64,000 nucleotides of DNA from Octopus vulgaris (taxonomy: Eukaryota), in assembly GCA_951406725.2 (NCBI GenBank), contig OX597838.1, positions 28,954,001 through 29,018,000 on the forward strand, read 5' to 3'. A program made the position numbers and the translations under genes. The stretch's first letter is position 1. Each line of letters opens with the position of its first letter. Below the pieces are notes generated by a model. The model saw only the letters and a list, made by a program, of their open reading frames with translations. It searched no databases and was not told the DNA's origin. Positions 29,324-43,890 of the stretch are shown here, piece by piece.

Positions 29324-29449
29324 GCTTGTGCGTGTGTGCGTGCGTGCGTGCATGTGTGTTTGTCTATATACATACATACACATATTTTCATGAAACAATG
29401 TTATTTATGTACGTATGTATGTATGTATGTATGTATGTATGTATGTATG

Positions 29450-29481
<32 letters not shown>

Positions 29482-29495
29482 CCATACATATATGC

Positions 29496-29528
<33 letters not shown>

Positions 29529-29542
29529 CCATACATATATGC

Positions 29543-29584
<42 letters not shown>

Positions 29585-30371
29585 CATACATATATGCATA
29601 TACATATGGACATATCTATACATATATATATATATATATATATACATACATATATGCATATACATATGGACATATCTATACATTTATATATGCACTGCAT
29701 ATACACATATACACACACGTATTAATTTGTATGTATGTATTTGCTTAAGAATTGCCATATATATGTCCCATGCACTCGTACACTTACACGTCTCTAATAC
29801 ACACATACAGGCACCCATACAAATATACGAATCTTCATATACAGACAAGTAATCATGCATACATGCATAACACACGTGGCCATATCTATCTATGCGTGTG
29901 CATTTATGAAATTAAAACTTCATCTTAAACCAGACGTTTGGCATTGATTAAATAACTAGAAATCGAGAAAGTAAACGGGAGCAACAAGGATGGATACCGA
30001 ATCTTTTCGAGGACTACCATTAAAGAGAAACCAAAACTATCGTCTGCTTCATATCGTCTTCTACAGAAAATGAGAGGGTAGCGTGATAACCGCGTTCCCT
30101 TTTCGTGGTCGTTCGTTCTGCTTGTAAAGGCCATAACTACTTCTTCCCCAAATCCCACTTTTCTATCTATCTAAGGCCCCTGTCTGTCAGAATTGACCCA
30201 GGAGCTGGTGGTGCATGCGTAGGCCTGGACAAAATTTATTGTGGAAGGATGCCAGTTGCCCAAGGACACAAACCTTCCTGTTCTCCATGCCACCGCTAGT
30301 GTCCAAGCAAAATTTTGCCTAAGGGCGACACAGCTTGGCTCCAGTTTATATGTGTATATATATCTGTTTAC

Positions 30372-30509
<138 letters not shown>

Positions 30510-30539
30510 CATATATGTATATATATGTATATGTATATG

Positions 30540-30582
<43 letters not shown>

Positions 30583-31920
30583 CATATATATGTTATAAAT
30601 GTATTTTGTTTTTGCATAGACAAACACACATAACTCTTACTATATGCTTACGTATACATATACACACTAAATGTGAGTGTTGTATGTATGTATATGTGTG
30701 TTTTAATAATTTTTCCTGACGAGATCAGCAGACAAAAATAACATGAAAATAGAGGAAAGACACTTAAAAGACAAGCAAAACATTGCAAAACATAACAAAA
30801 GAAAAATGACAATGGATAAAGTTCATTTTCTATGCTTCGACCAAACTAATTAATATTCATTTTTTTCCCTCTTAGCTTTAATTAATGAAGACAAGAACCA
30901 TTTTTAATCAAGAAATTCAAGATGGACTTTAACGAAGACTAGCTCTAACTAAATTCCAAAACATAAAAAGGCCTTTATCTTCTAACTAAACAACGCACCA
31001 CAGCACACCACAAAACAACACAAAACATTATGAGAACGCAGTAGAACAGATAAGACCTGTAATATGGCGGACATATTTGAAAATAAAATTAGCAGACGAT
31101 TTTTTTTCTCACAATTTTTTTGTTTGTTGATCTTTTTTTTTCGACGCAAGCTAAATTTAGTGAACATTTCCAGTAATCACAATGTGTTGTACAGGATGTG
31201 AAGACTATGTTACTTCCATATATTTTTCGCTTCCATTCTTTTTTTTTCTCTCTTCCGAGATTTCTTTACGATAAATATTCAGCGAATACAAACCCGCCAT
31301 TAACGTCTTACTGTTGTTTTTTTGTTGTTGCTAAATAAACGAAGCCGTTATATAAACACGATTTATTTGTTATGTGATAAAAATCCATTATTAAAATGAG
31401 TTTTTTGCCAAATAGACAAAAATACTTTAAAGCATTTTTTATTCATTAGTCACAATTTAGTCACAGTTTAGACATTATGTAACACAAATCCATTGTGAAA
31501 GTGGTGTTTAAAATTCTTTTCTTTTTTTTTGTTAAATGGTTAGATGTTAAAATGATTATTTTTCCTTGTTCTAATTAGGAAACCTTTTAATGCGGTAAAT
31601 TTGCAGAGGTATTAGAGAATTGGAGACTACGAATGGTTAAGAAACCCACTTTGCAATTATGAGATCCTGATTTCGATTCCGCTGCGTGGCAATTCTTAAC
31701 TTCTGCAGCTTCGATTCGATCTATAGCTTGGTAGTGAAATTGGTTAGACGGAAACTGGCAGAAGCCCTGTGATTCTAAACGGCGCAGCTTGTCTTGCCTC
31801 ACGCTGTGGAAGGCTGATTTTGTTTGAGATTTACATCAATGCGGTATTTCGCCTGTCGCTGCGTTCTGAGTTTGCCAGCTCGCCGCCTTAGCCTGACTAA
31901 AAATAATACGTTTCGTTAAT

Positions 31921-32304
31921 GTGGAAGCACTCCGTCGGTTACGACGACGAGGGTTCCGGTTGATCCGATCAACGGAACAGCCTGCTCGTGAAATTAACGT
32001 GTAAGTGGCTGAGCACTCCACAAACACGTGTACCCTTAACGCAGTTCTCGGGGATATTCAGCGTGACACAGAGAGTGACAAGGCCGGCCCTTTGAAATAC
32101 AGGCACAACAGAAACAGGAAGTAAGAGTGAGAGAAAGTTGTGGTGAAAGAGTACAGCAGGGATCACCGCCATCCCTGCCGGAGCATCGTGAAGCTTTAGG
32201 TGTTTTCGCTCAATAAACACTCACAACGCCCGGTCTGGGAATCGAAACCGCGATCCTACGACCGCGAGTCCGCTGCCCTAACCACTGGGCCATTGCGCCT
32301 CCAC
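31921..32304 (-). mobile_element. SINE family D, full copy with 13-bp TSD
   Basis: tRNA-like head (TGGCCCAGTGG, GTTTCGATTCCC); TSD ACGTTTCGTTAAT at 31908-31920 and 32305-32317; possibly an octopus OR-type SINE (not verified). Confidence 0.93.
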
Positions 32305-32401
32305 ACGTTTCGTTAATACACCATTTCCGATCATTAAACGGTGTGGAAAAAAACGACCTCTTTCGTATAATAAAGACAATATTTGAAAGCTACTGCTGTC
32401 T

Positions 32402-32474
32402 GGTTCCATGGTGTAGTGGTTATCACATCTGCTTCACACGCAGAAGGTCGTGAGTTCGAAACTCACTGGAGCCT
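32402..32474 (+). tRNA. tRNA-Val(CAC): tRNA-Val(CAC)
   Basis: 73-nt cloverleaf: GGTTCCA/TGGAGCC, GTG/CAC, TCTGC/GCAGA with CAC at 32435-32437, GTGAG-TTCGAAA-CTCAC; TATAA at 32366. Confidence 0.9.
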
Positions 32475-32479
32475 AAGTG

Positions 32480-32488
32480 TTTTTTTTT
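32480..32488 (+). terminator. RNA Pol III terminator (T9)
   Basis: T-run 5 nt after the tRNA. Confidence 0.8.
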
Positions 32489-33577
32489 AACCTTCCTTTG
32501 CTTGTTTTAGACGCTACCACCCTCTTTTTTCTTGTTGGTTTTATTACACAGGACTGTTACAAAGAACTGTTGGTTGAATCGTTAGCGCGTCGGACAAAAT
32601 GTTTACTGGCGTTATTCCCAGCACTTTGCGTTCTGAGTTCAAATTTCGCAGAAATTAACTTTGCCATGTATCCTTTCGGGGGGGTGGCGATGAAATAAAT
32701 ATTGGGTGGAGCCCAGGGGTTGATATAATCGATCTGCTGCTCCTCTTAAAACAGCTGTCCTTGTACCAAAATCATCGACACCGACTTTCTATACGTGTGA
32801 AGTAATACATTATGAGTTCTTTTATCCATTTCGTAGAACTCGTAGTTCTTATGAGGTATATTTGCCATCTTCAATATGGCTAACCACTAAGGGTGGGTGT
32901 TACTGTAGCTTGTATCCCCAGGAGAACATCTCCTCCAGCTGGCTTTAGGCACACTTTCTGTGCTCTTTCGGTATTTGCAAAGGGAGGTCATCCTTCCCTC
33001 GTCAACCTAAGTGATACGCACGGACTGCAGTTTCTGGGTATTGACCCGTCATCAGCGTAAGAAAGTTCTGCAATCCTAGAGGCTGATTTTTTCGCTTTTA
33101 TTTCTCTCACTAAATCATCACTTTTGCTGTATAACGCGACTGTCCCTCTGTCTTCTGCTTCCTTCCTTACTATTTCTGGTTTGTCTCTTTTCGCAGTGTT
33201 TTTTTTTTGGTCTTAGTTCGACCTTTTTTTGTTTTTGATCTCAGCTTTCCCTTTTTCCTTTGTTGTTAGTTGCTTTCTTTTCTTCTGTTGATGGTTGAGG
33301 AAATTCACTTTCAGAAGAATCCGAAATATTGCCAAATATTAAACTTTCAATCTTTTTTTGCCTCTCTGTCGGTTGACAACTCTTCGCCAGACGAAGTTAC
33401 GCTTTTCGGCATCTTGCCAGTAATTAATGTTTCCCCCACAGGGGAAAACACACGATAGTTTTCGAACGAAGTCTATCACACAAATAATTATAACAGGAAA
33501 TAACACAAAAACAGTCAATAGAAACTTAATATACAGACGCATTCCAATAATAATTACCAATAAATCCAAACTCACAC

Positions 33578-33798
33578 AGACGAAATACCTATTTCTTTAC
33601 TACCCACAAGGGGCTAAACACAGAGAGGACAAACAAGGACAGACAAACGGATTAAGTCGATTACATCGACCCCAGTGCATTACTGGTACTTATTTAATCG
33701 ACCCCGAAAGGATGAAAGGCAAAGTCGACCTCGGCGGAATTTGAACTCAGAACGTAGCAGCAGACGAAATACGGCTAAGCATTTCGCCCGGTGTGCTA
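33578..33798 (-). mobile_element. SINE family B
   Basis: Monomer whose 3' end runs into GTATTTCGTCTG again. Confidence 0.9.
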
Positions 33799-33799
33799 A

Positions 33800-34185
33800 A
33801 GTTTGGAACTTCCTGGAAATTTCCGAGTGTGGATGTATTTCATGGAATATTCCGAGGAGGTGTGGTACTTCCTGAAAAATTCCGAAGGGAGTTCGCAGGT
33901 GGGTAAGGGGATGAGGTACTTCCTGGAAAATTCAGGAAACTTCCCGGAACGTTCGGCGGAAGGGAGGTACTTTCTGGAAACTTCAGAGGTGGAGGAATTT
34001 CCTGGAAAGTTCTTCGGAGGGTAGCTACTTCCTGGAAAGTACCTTCCTCCCCGTCTTCGGAAGTTTTGAAGCTGCTCATTCCCCCTCCTCGCAACTTTCC
34101 AGGAAGTTGCCTAGTCCTACTTTCTCGTAACTTTCCAGGATGTTGCCTATTCCCCCTCCTTCTCCCTCATCGGAACTTTCCAGAT
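33800..34185. repeat. Degenerate repeat of (G)GTACTTCCTGGAAA..TTCC motifs, with inverted copies at the right end
   Basis: About 10 copies of TTCCTGGAAA-like motifs; TTTCCAGGA at 34096-34140. Confidence 0.65.
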
Positions 34186-34530
34186 GAAATGGTAATTCTG
34201 TTTACGTCTGTGTAACAGATATTTTGGTTGGATTTTGTAGTCATCGGAGTTACGTTACTTTCTATATTCTATAACAGTCACAATATACTTTTCTACGCCT
34301 GATATTTTTGTGGGGAGGGCTCCAGTTGATTAGACCGACCCCAATACACAACTGGTATTTAATTCAACAACCCTGAAAGGACGAAAGGTAAAGTCAACCT
34401 CAGAAGAATTTGAACTCAGAACGTAAAGACAGACGGTCATAATATGGAAACATTTCTCGTGGCACCAGTACGCTGTTTATAGATGCCCGCATTTTTTTGT
34501 TTTGCGTGAATTTTTCCCGGGTCCACCTAG

Positions 34531-35565
<1,035 letters not shown>

Positions 35566-35825
35566 CAGTTATTGTTATTATTTTAAGCAATGAAATTTCA
35601 CAGAAAACTCCCTACGAAAAGAAAAAAAACAAGAACAATAATAAAATGACAATATTAAAAGGAAACAGCGAAAATAAGAAAAGAATATGTTTCTGTATGT
35701 ATGTGTATATGTGTACATGTGTGTATTGTATATATATATATGTGTATGTGTATATGTGTGTATTGTATATATATATATATATGTGTATATGTGTGTATTG
35801 TATATATATATATATGTATGTGTGT

Positions 35826-35868
<43 letters not shown>

Positions 35869-35963
35869 GGCGTAACGTTTCTCCATTGTTGTAACAGAAT
35901 ACGAACAAATGCATTTCATTTCCTCTTTCCTGGAATCCACTTCTCTCGCCTTTTTTTGCTTTC

Positions 35964-35967
<4 letters not shown>

Positions 35968-36010
<43 letters not shown>

Positions 36011-36106
36011 GTGTGTGTGTGTATGAGCATTAGTCTATTTTCCTCCCCCTTCTTATCCCTCTCATCTTCTCATCCTACTCCCTCTCTATATATATGTATA
36101 TGTGTA

Positions 36107-36140
<34 letters not shown>

Positions 36141-36507
36141 GATATATATACATACATACATGTATATGTATATGCATGGATATATATATATATATATATG
36201 CATGTATATAAACATGTATATAAACATGTATATATGTGTATATATATAGGTGGTTTCACGCAAACGCATGAAAACATAGGTGCGCATGCAGACTATATTT
36301 ACACCTCACACACACATACACACACATACACACACACACACACGCATACACACACACACACACACCGCGTGTGTGTGTGTGAGCATTAGTCAATTTCCTT
36401 CCCCCTTCTTGTCCCGCTCCTCTTCTCATTTTCTCTCTCTCTCTCTCTCTATATATATATGTATATGTATATGTATATGTATATATATATACATACACAT
36501 ATACACA

Positions 36508-36543
<36 letters not shown>

Positions 36544-36700
36544 TATATGCATGTATATATATATATATGTATATATATATGTGCATATATATAAACATGC
36601 ATATATGTATATATGTATATAGGGGTCTACACGCAAACGCATGAAATCATAGGTGCGCATGCAGGCGTATATATATATATATACACCTCACACACACACA
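35968..36700. repeat. Local tandem duplication, about 360-bp unit with internal microsatellites
   Basis: GAGCATTAGTC.. at about 36024 and 36381; CACGCAAACGCATGAAA..CATAGGTGCGCATGCAG at about 36257 and 36630. Confidence 0.8.
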
Positions 36701-36988
36701 GATCAGGCATATTCTCATGCGCGCATACATTATCTTGCAGGTGCCTTGTTATCAACCAGATGCTGTTAAACAGCCTCTGGTTGATAATATACGCCATCTG
36801 GTCGATAACACGCCATCTGTTGAAGAATACGGCATCAGGTGGGGAATGGAACATCTAATAAAATGGTTTCTCTAAGAATCAAAGCGAGTGAAATGCCTTT
36901 AATGGTCAATCAACATGCTGGAAATAGCAGTCCAATCTATTTGGAATTACATCATAGTGTCTTAAACGGAATATGTTATGTTGCAACA

Positions 36989-37320
36989 GTGGAGGCGCAA
37001 TGGCCCAGTGGTCAGGTTTCGATTCCCAGACCGGATGTTGTGAGTTTATAGAGCGAAAACACCTGAAGCTCCTCGAATCTCCGGCAGGGTGGGGGACGAA
37101 CCCTGCTGTATTCTTTCACCACAACTTTTTCCTCTCTCTTTCTTCCCGTTTCAGCCTTGTCACACACTGTGTCACCCTGAATCGTCCCCCCGAGAACTAC
37201 GTTAAGGGTTACACGTGTCTGTGGAGTGCTCAACCACTTTCACGTTAATTTCACGAGCAGGCTTGTTCCGTTGATCGGATCAACTGGAACCCTCGTCGTC
37301 GTAACCGACGGAGTGCCACG
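36989..37320 (+). mobile_element. SINE family D with 11-bp TSD
   Basis: TSD ATGTTGCAACA at 36978-36988 and 37321-37331; deletion between the A and B boxes. Confidence 0.92.
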
Positions 37321-37556
37321 ATGTTGCAACAAAAGTTTGCTCAAGTTTGGAGCGCCGGGTGGACTTGGTTCGGCAGAGTCCCTGCGTTGCATAGGCAGAT
37401 CTGGTTGACCTGTACAACAGTGGTAAAAAGAACAAGAACAAGAACAACGATGACGACGATGACACAACAACAACAATAGTAATAACAATAACATCAACGA
37501 CGCCGCCGCCGACGACGACAATACAAACAACAGCAACAAGAACAACAGCAAAAGCA

Positions 37557-37955
37557 GTGGAGGCACAATGGCCCAGTGGTTAGGGCACCGGACTCGAGGT
37601 CTTAAGAACGCGGTTTCGATTCCCAGACCGAGCATTGTGAGTGTTTATTGAGCAAAAACACCTAAGCTCCACGAGGCTCCGGCGGGGGGTGGATGGTGAA
37701 CTCCGCTGTACTCTTTCACCACAACTTTCTCTCACTCTTTCTTCCTACTTCTTCAACAAAGTAGAGGAACCATGGTGCAACCCACTATGGTGTGATAAAC
37801 TTTCAGACTCTAGTCTAGATTGCGAATCCTCTGTACCCCAGGATGGTTCAGCTCTCCACCCGTTAAAAAGCCACCGTTTACAGAATGAGGATAACAACGT
37901 AGCTTTCGCGCCCGCGCAACCGCCAGTCTATCACGTGTGGTGAGTGGATCTTCAA
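37557..37955 (+). mobile_element. SINE family D2
   Basis: D-type head and middle, then a distinct 3' half ending GTGGATCTTCAA. Confidence 0.88.
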
Positions 37956-38544
37956 TTTGCCACACGCATTCTTTGTAGCTTAGAGTAGGCTCGAATTAGA
38001 GATTATTCCTTGTGGCTAATGGCGTGAGTCCTGATTGGGAGAAGAAGAAGAAGAAGAAGAAGAAGAAGAAGAAGAAGAAGAAGAAGAAGAAGAAGAACAA
38101 CAACAACAACAACAACAAAAACAACAACTACAACAGCAACAACAACAACAGCAGCAGCAGAACCCTTCGTTCTCAACAGATTTAACCGTTCACGTCAACA
38201 ATAGGATGATATTAACCCTCTTCCACCTTCCTTTCTAGGTAGGTATAATTTCGCTACTCCTACTCTTGGGTGGAGTCCTCCATTCATATCAAATTCCTTC
38301 CTAGATCGTCTGCCTAGCTTTGCTAATTACTTTCTACTCAATCTACAAAAGCTACTGAATATCTAAGTAATGATACTGCCCAAGGTTTTACAGCCTTCAC
38401 TAGATTCGGACCATTTAGCTTTGACTTCATTAGCTTCCTCGCTCTTCTCAATTTTCGTTTTCATTTCTATAGTTAGTACCTTTCAATGATTTTAATGTCT
38501 GGCCATCTGGTAATTGGATACCTTCACTGTTGACTACCTGTCCC

Positions 38545-38694
<150 letters not shown>

Positions 38695-38695
38695 G

Positions 38696-38754
<59 letters not shown>

Positions 38755-38767
38755 CATTATTATTATT

Positions 38768-40095
38768 CAGTAGTCTTATTTTTATCGAGTGCTTTCACCG
38801 CACTACCGAGCGCAGCTCTGTGTGCCTTGGGTATGTGCTGTGGTTTGTTGCGGTGCTCTTATTTTCACTGTATTGAAAGTGTTTTACGTAGTATGTGAGC
38901 GGTGCCTAGTAGTGCTAGTTTTTGTATTTTTATATATACTTGTATGTCCTGCTGTTTTTTGTTATGTATGTGACTGAATGTTTTTTTTATCATACCTAAT
39001 GCACCTACAATGATAGGAATCGTTTCTCTTTTTAGGCCCCACATTCGAGTTACCTATATTTCCAGTTTCGAGATACCTATATTGAAAGTTTCTCCGTTTC
39101 TTTTAGAGAAGCACTGTCATCTGTTGGTATTGAAACTTCGATTACAAAGCATTTTTTCTTGGCAATCTCTGACAATTATATTCGGCGTTTTGGCCTTAAT
39201 TTCTCTAGCTGTGTGTATTGGCATATCCCAGAGTATGGCTGCTTTCTCATTTTCTGTGACCTTTTCTGGCGTGTGTCTATACCATCTTTTTTTCTGTTGT
39301 TATTCTATAGTGTTGGCATAGCTTCCAGTGTTGTATCGTATCGAGTTTATTGATGCCTAAATATTTGTATACCTGGCTTTGGTCTAATTCTCTTATTTCA
39401 TTTGCTTTATCTAGTGTGATGCTGCTACTCTTAACTAGTTTTCTTCTTTTCATGGTTGCTTTGGCACATTTTTCTAAGCCAAACTTCATGTTTATTTCTT
39501 TGGTAAATCCATGTACTGTCTGTAGTAATGTTTCCAGCTGCTTATCATTTGTAGCGTACAGTTTCAGATCATCCATATACAAGAGATGGCTTGATTGTTG
39601 TGCAGTAGAAGTGGTGTCCACATCCAGTTCTGTTTAGCATCTCAGATAAAGGTGTTAGCGCCAAGTAGAAAAGAAGTGGAGAAAGAGCGCGTCTCCCTGG
39701 AATATTCCTCTTCTGATGGGGATGGCTTTGGTTTTTATGAGTCCCTCTTTTGTCTGGAGCTGTAGCATTGTCTACCGTTTATTCATGGAATGCTTTATAT
39801 ATTTTATGATTATTGGTGCTACCTTGTTCATGGCTGGTGTTTCTAGGATCCATGTGTGGGGAATAAAGTCATAAGCCTTTCGATAATCGATCCAGGCAAT
39901 ACTTAGACCCTTCTTTTTCTTTCGGCTGTCTTCAGTTATGGCTTTGTTGCTGAGCAGCTGATCTTTACAGCCGTATAAACCCTTGCAGTATCCCTTCCGC
40001 TCTTCAGAAAACGGGTTTTCTTCCAGATGTTTGCCAATTCTCTGATATTATTGCAGTAAAGGCTTTGTAAATTGTTGAGAAACAGTTTTGTGGGT
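38768..40095 (-). mobile_element. Dong/R4-clade non-LTR retrotransposon, 5'-truncated and internally deleted (RT + RLE pseudogene)
   Basis: AWIDYRKAYD, RGIFQGDAL, LYMDDLKLY, KFGLEKC, YKYLGI and HWKLC motifs; 3' end ..ACTACTG(AAT)n shared with the 47433 copy. Confidence 0.92.
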
Positions 40096-40139
40096 TTGCT
40101 ATTCAAATAGATTTAGGAATTAAATTGTTGTTGTTGTTG

Positions 40140-40212
<73 letters not shown>

Positions 40213-40348
40213 CATCACCATCATCATTATTATTATATGATGAAAGCGCACAGCTTATTTTGCTTGGTATGATAGAAATAGTCAGCTGTCCACAACCATC
40301 AGGCTAAGGTGACACTTACTTACTGGTCATGCTTCGAGAACCCTGAGA

Positions 40349-40428
<80 letters not shown>

Positions 40429-41295
40429 CATTATTATTATTATTATCATCGTCGTCGTCGTCGTCGTCGTCGTCGTCATCATCATCATCATCATTATTAC
40501 GAAAACGCATTCGATTTGTCGACACGCTAACAGCTATTACCTCAAACGATTGCTAAATCGATTCGTTACGATTTCCACAACGTGCAAACCACTCCAGTTA
40601 TCGCTTCGTCTATCTTCACCAGGAATTAATTGAGAGAAAATAAACGTAAATTCAAAGTACATACAATAAAACAATCGCTGATCTCAAGCGAAATTGAATA
40701 CTAGAAGAAGCTTCAGAATTCGTTGCAAATGGCTGCTAATGAGGTAACTATAATGGTTTCACGCATCTAATGAGGCAACATTAATCAGGCGAAGTACTTG
40801 TGGAATAATGAACTTTGGTATCAATTCTGTAAAATATCTGCAGTATGATATTATAGCTTGGGGGCGGTTAAGACTTGTACGCGTGTTATTATGTTACAGT
40901 GAACCATAACCGGTGAAGAGTTCAAGATGGCGGCGTATAACATCAGACGAGAAATGGAAACAAAGAGAGCAGACGATATGTTTCTTAATGGAAGGATGAA
41001 TGGGTGAAAAGCCCAGGTGTACTGGTGCGTATTATCCGATTAAGAGATAGTTCATGTTAACCTGTTGCTACCGGAAGGTGGAGGATGAGCAAGATTCTGA
41101 ATGGTTATGTGCGCACGCGTGAATTTGCTTGTACGTGCATGCGGGTTTGCATGTGTGATTCCACGTATGTATAAATGTAACAGTAAAGTGTATATATGTG
41201 TATGTGCCTCTACAAACATATATGCATGTATGTATATAAGCAAGTATATGGATATACGTTCATGTGTATATATGTATCTATATATACATGTAAAC

Positions 41296-41350
<55 letters not shown>

Positions 41351-41481
41351 TACACATATATATATGTATATATGTGTATATGTTATGTATATAATTAAAT
41401 CTATGTATATACATATCTGTAGATGGCTATAAATTCGTATATAGGTGCATATATTTACATGTATATGTATGGGTGTATAAA

Positions 41482-41543
<62 letters not shown>

Positions 41544-42048
41544 TATGTATATGTATGCGAATAAATATGCGTTTGCATATATGCATAAATTGATAAAAAT
41601 TAACCAAGATAATAAGAGTGAGATTTTGAGAGGAATAGGGGACAAACAAACAAACAAATAAACAAACGATACTTCGAGTCAGAGAAAAAAGGCACATGAC
41701 TGTAAAAAGCGTAGAAATATAAAGCGAAATGGAAAGAAAATCAAAGAAGTGTACAATGAAAATAAGGTCGCAAAGGAAAGAAAAGCGAATCTGACGGTTC
41801 GGCTGATATACTTTATCAAAAAAAAAAAAAAAGAGAGAAAAATATACAGTATCAAATTGAAGACGTTTATTTACTCAGAGCGTGTCTTTCTTCCCCTCTT
41901 TGCTCCCTCTCTCTCTTTCCCCACCTTTTCCCTTATCTCTATATATTTATACGAAGGCGTATATGTGTGTGTGTGGCATAACATGTGCCTGCGTGTGTAT
42001 ATGTTTTTACCTCGGTTTTCGTGTTATCGCTTTTCGTCGTATATTTTT

Positions 42049-42099
<51 letters not shown>

Positions 42100-42221
42100 G
42101 CAACAACAACAATACTAATACACATGTATATATGTAAGTATATATGTATATACATATATATATTATATAAAATCTTATGTGCATATCTGCTTATCTACTT
42201 ATCTATCTATCTATTTATGTC

Positions 42222-42268
<47 letters not shown>

Positions 42269-42627
42269 CTCCCTCCCTCTCTCTCTCTCTCCACACACAC
42301 ACACATACACACATACGTGTCCTTTATATATTATATATAAAATATGACATACGCATAGATACACATATTATCAGTTGACGTCATAAGTCACATGACAGAA
42401 TATAAAATCGCAATAAGTAGACATGCAATTTCGGTTTTAAATGATAATAGAAATAAAACAAGTAAATATATAAATAAAAGAAAGATAATAATTTATTTTA
42501 AAAAAATAGCGAAAGTAATTAGTAAAAAAATAGTTTATAATAAATGTAATCATTTATGTAAGAATTTTTGTCAGAGAAGAGAAATAGGAGAGATTAACCA
42601 ACATACAGCATGAACAACAGGAAACAC

Positions 42628-42874
42628 AATAATAATAACAACAACAATAATAATAATAATAATAATGATAACGATAATAATGATAATAATAAAAACAACA
42701 ACAATAATAACAACAACAACAATAATAATAATAACAACAACAACAACAATAACAACAACAACAACAATAATAATAATAAAAATAATATTAATAATAATAC
42801 CAACAATAATAACAACAGCGGTAATAATAATAATAATAATAATAATAACAATAACAATAATAATAATAATGATG

Positions 42875-42915
<41 letters not shown>

Positions 42916-43045
42916 TATAATAATAATAATATTAATAATAATAATAACAATAGCAAAAACAGCAATAATAATAATAAATAATAATAAATAATAATAATAA
43001 TAACAACAGTAACAACAACTGCAATAATAATAATAAATTAGAATA

Positions 43046-43125
<80 letters not shown>

Positions 43126-43175
43126 CAATAATAATAAATCACAACAACAACAAAAGCAACAGCAACATCAACAAT
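42628..43175. repeat. (AAT)n/(AAC)n microsatellite
   Basis: Trinucleotide array. Confidence 0.95.
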
Positions 43176-43667
43176 ACTAATACACATAGTAAACCCGCAT
43201 AAGACCCAAATAAAGAAAACGAGGAATATTATGGGAAAAATCGATATTTTTTTTAACCGAAACTCGAGCTGCTAAAATCTGTTTGGGAGAGATTCCACAA
43301 AGGATTGGTGAAATGAATCTGGTAAAAAAAAAGAGAGAGAGAGAAAAAAAATATTTGTGTAATTCTGCGATTAATATTGATATCTGTCATTGTCACATGA
43401 CTTAAGATTCGGAGGGGAAAGAAGTGAAGATTATATCGATCTCCATTATACGATCGGTGCGTTATTCTATCGATTTTGGAGGAATGAAAAGGCACAGTTT
43501 GGGAGCCATTGACGTAAGAGCTTGGTTGTTCAATGTGTCCTTGGAATTTTTGGGTAGTGTGGTTTAATGGAGATTTGGCTGGTGTTTCTAGCATGTCGAA
43601 CTGCTACATGGTGGCCTTTTCGTTCATTCATTTTAGAATGAAAGGAAATTTTAAAAATCTTTTATCG

Positions 43668-43890
43668 TTTATTTTTTATTTGTCTCAGTTATCAAACTGC
43701 GGCCATGCTGGGGCACCGCCTTGAAGAATTTTAACCGAAAGAATTGACCTCAGTACTTCTTCTCCTAAGCCTGACGCCTATTCCATCGGTCGCTCTTACC
43801 GAAATGCTAACTTACGGGGACATACCCACTCAACAGCGGTTGTCAAGCAGTGGTGGGGGCGAGACATAGACACAGACACAGACACAAACA
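43668..43890 (-). mobile_element. SINE family A, 3' half
   Basis: ACTGCGGCCATGCTGGGGCACCGCC. Confidence 0.8.
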
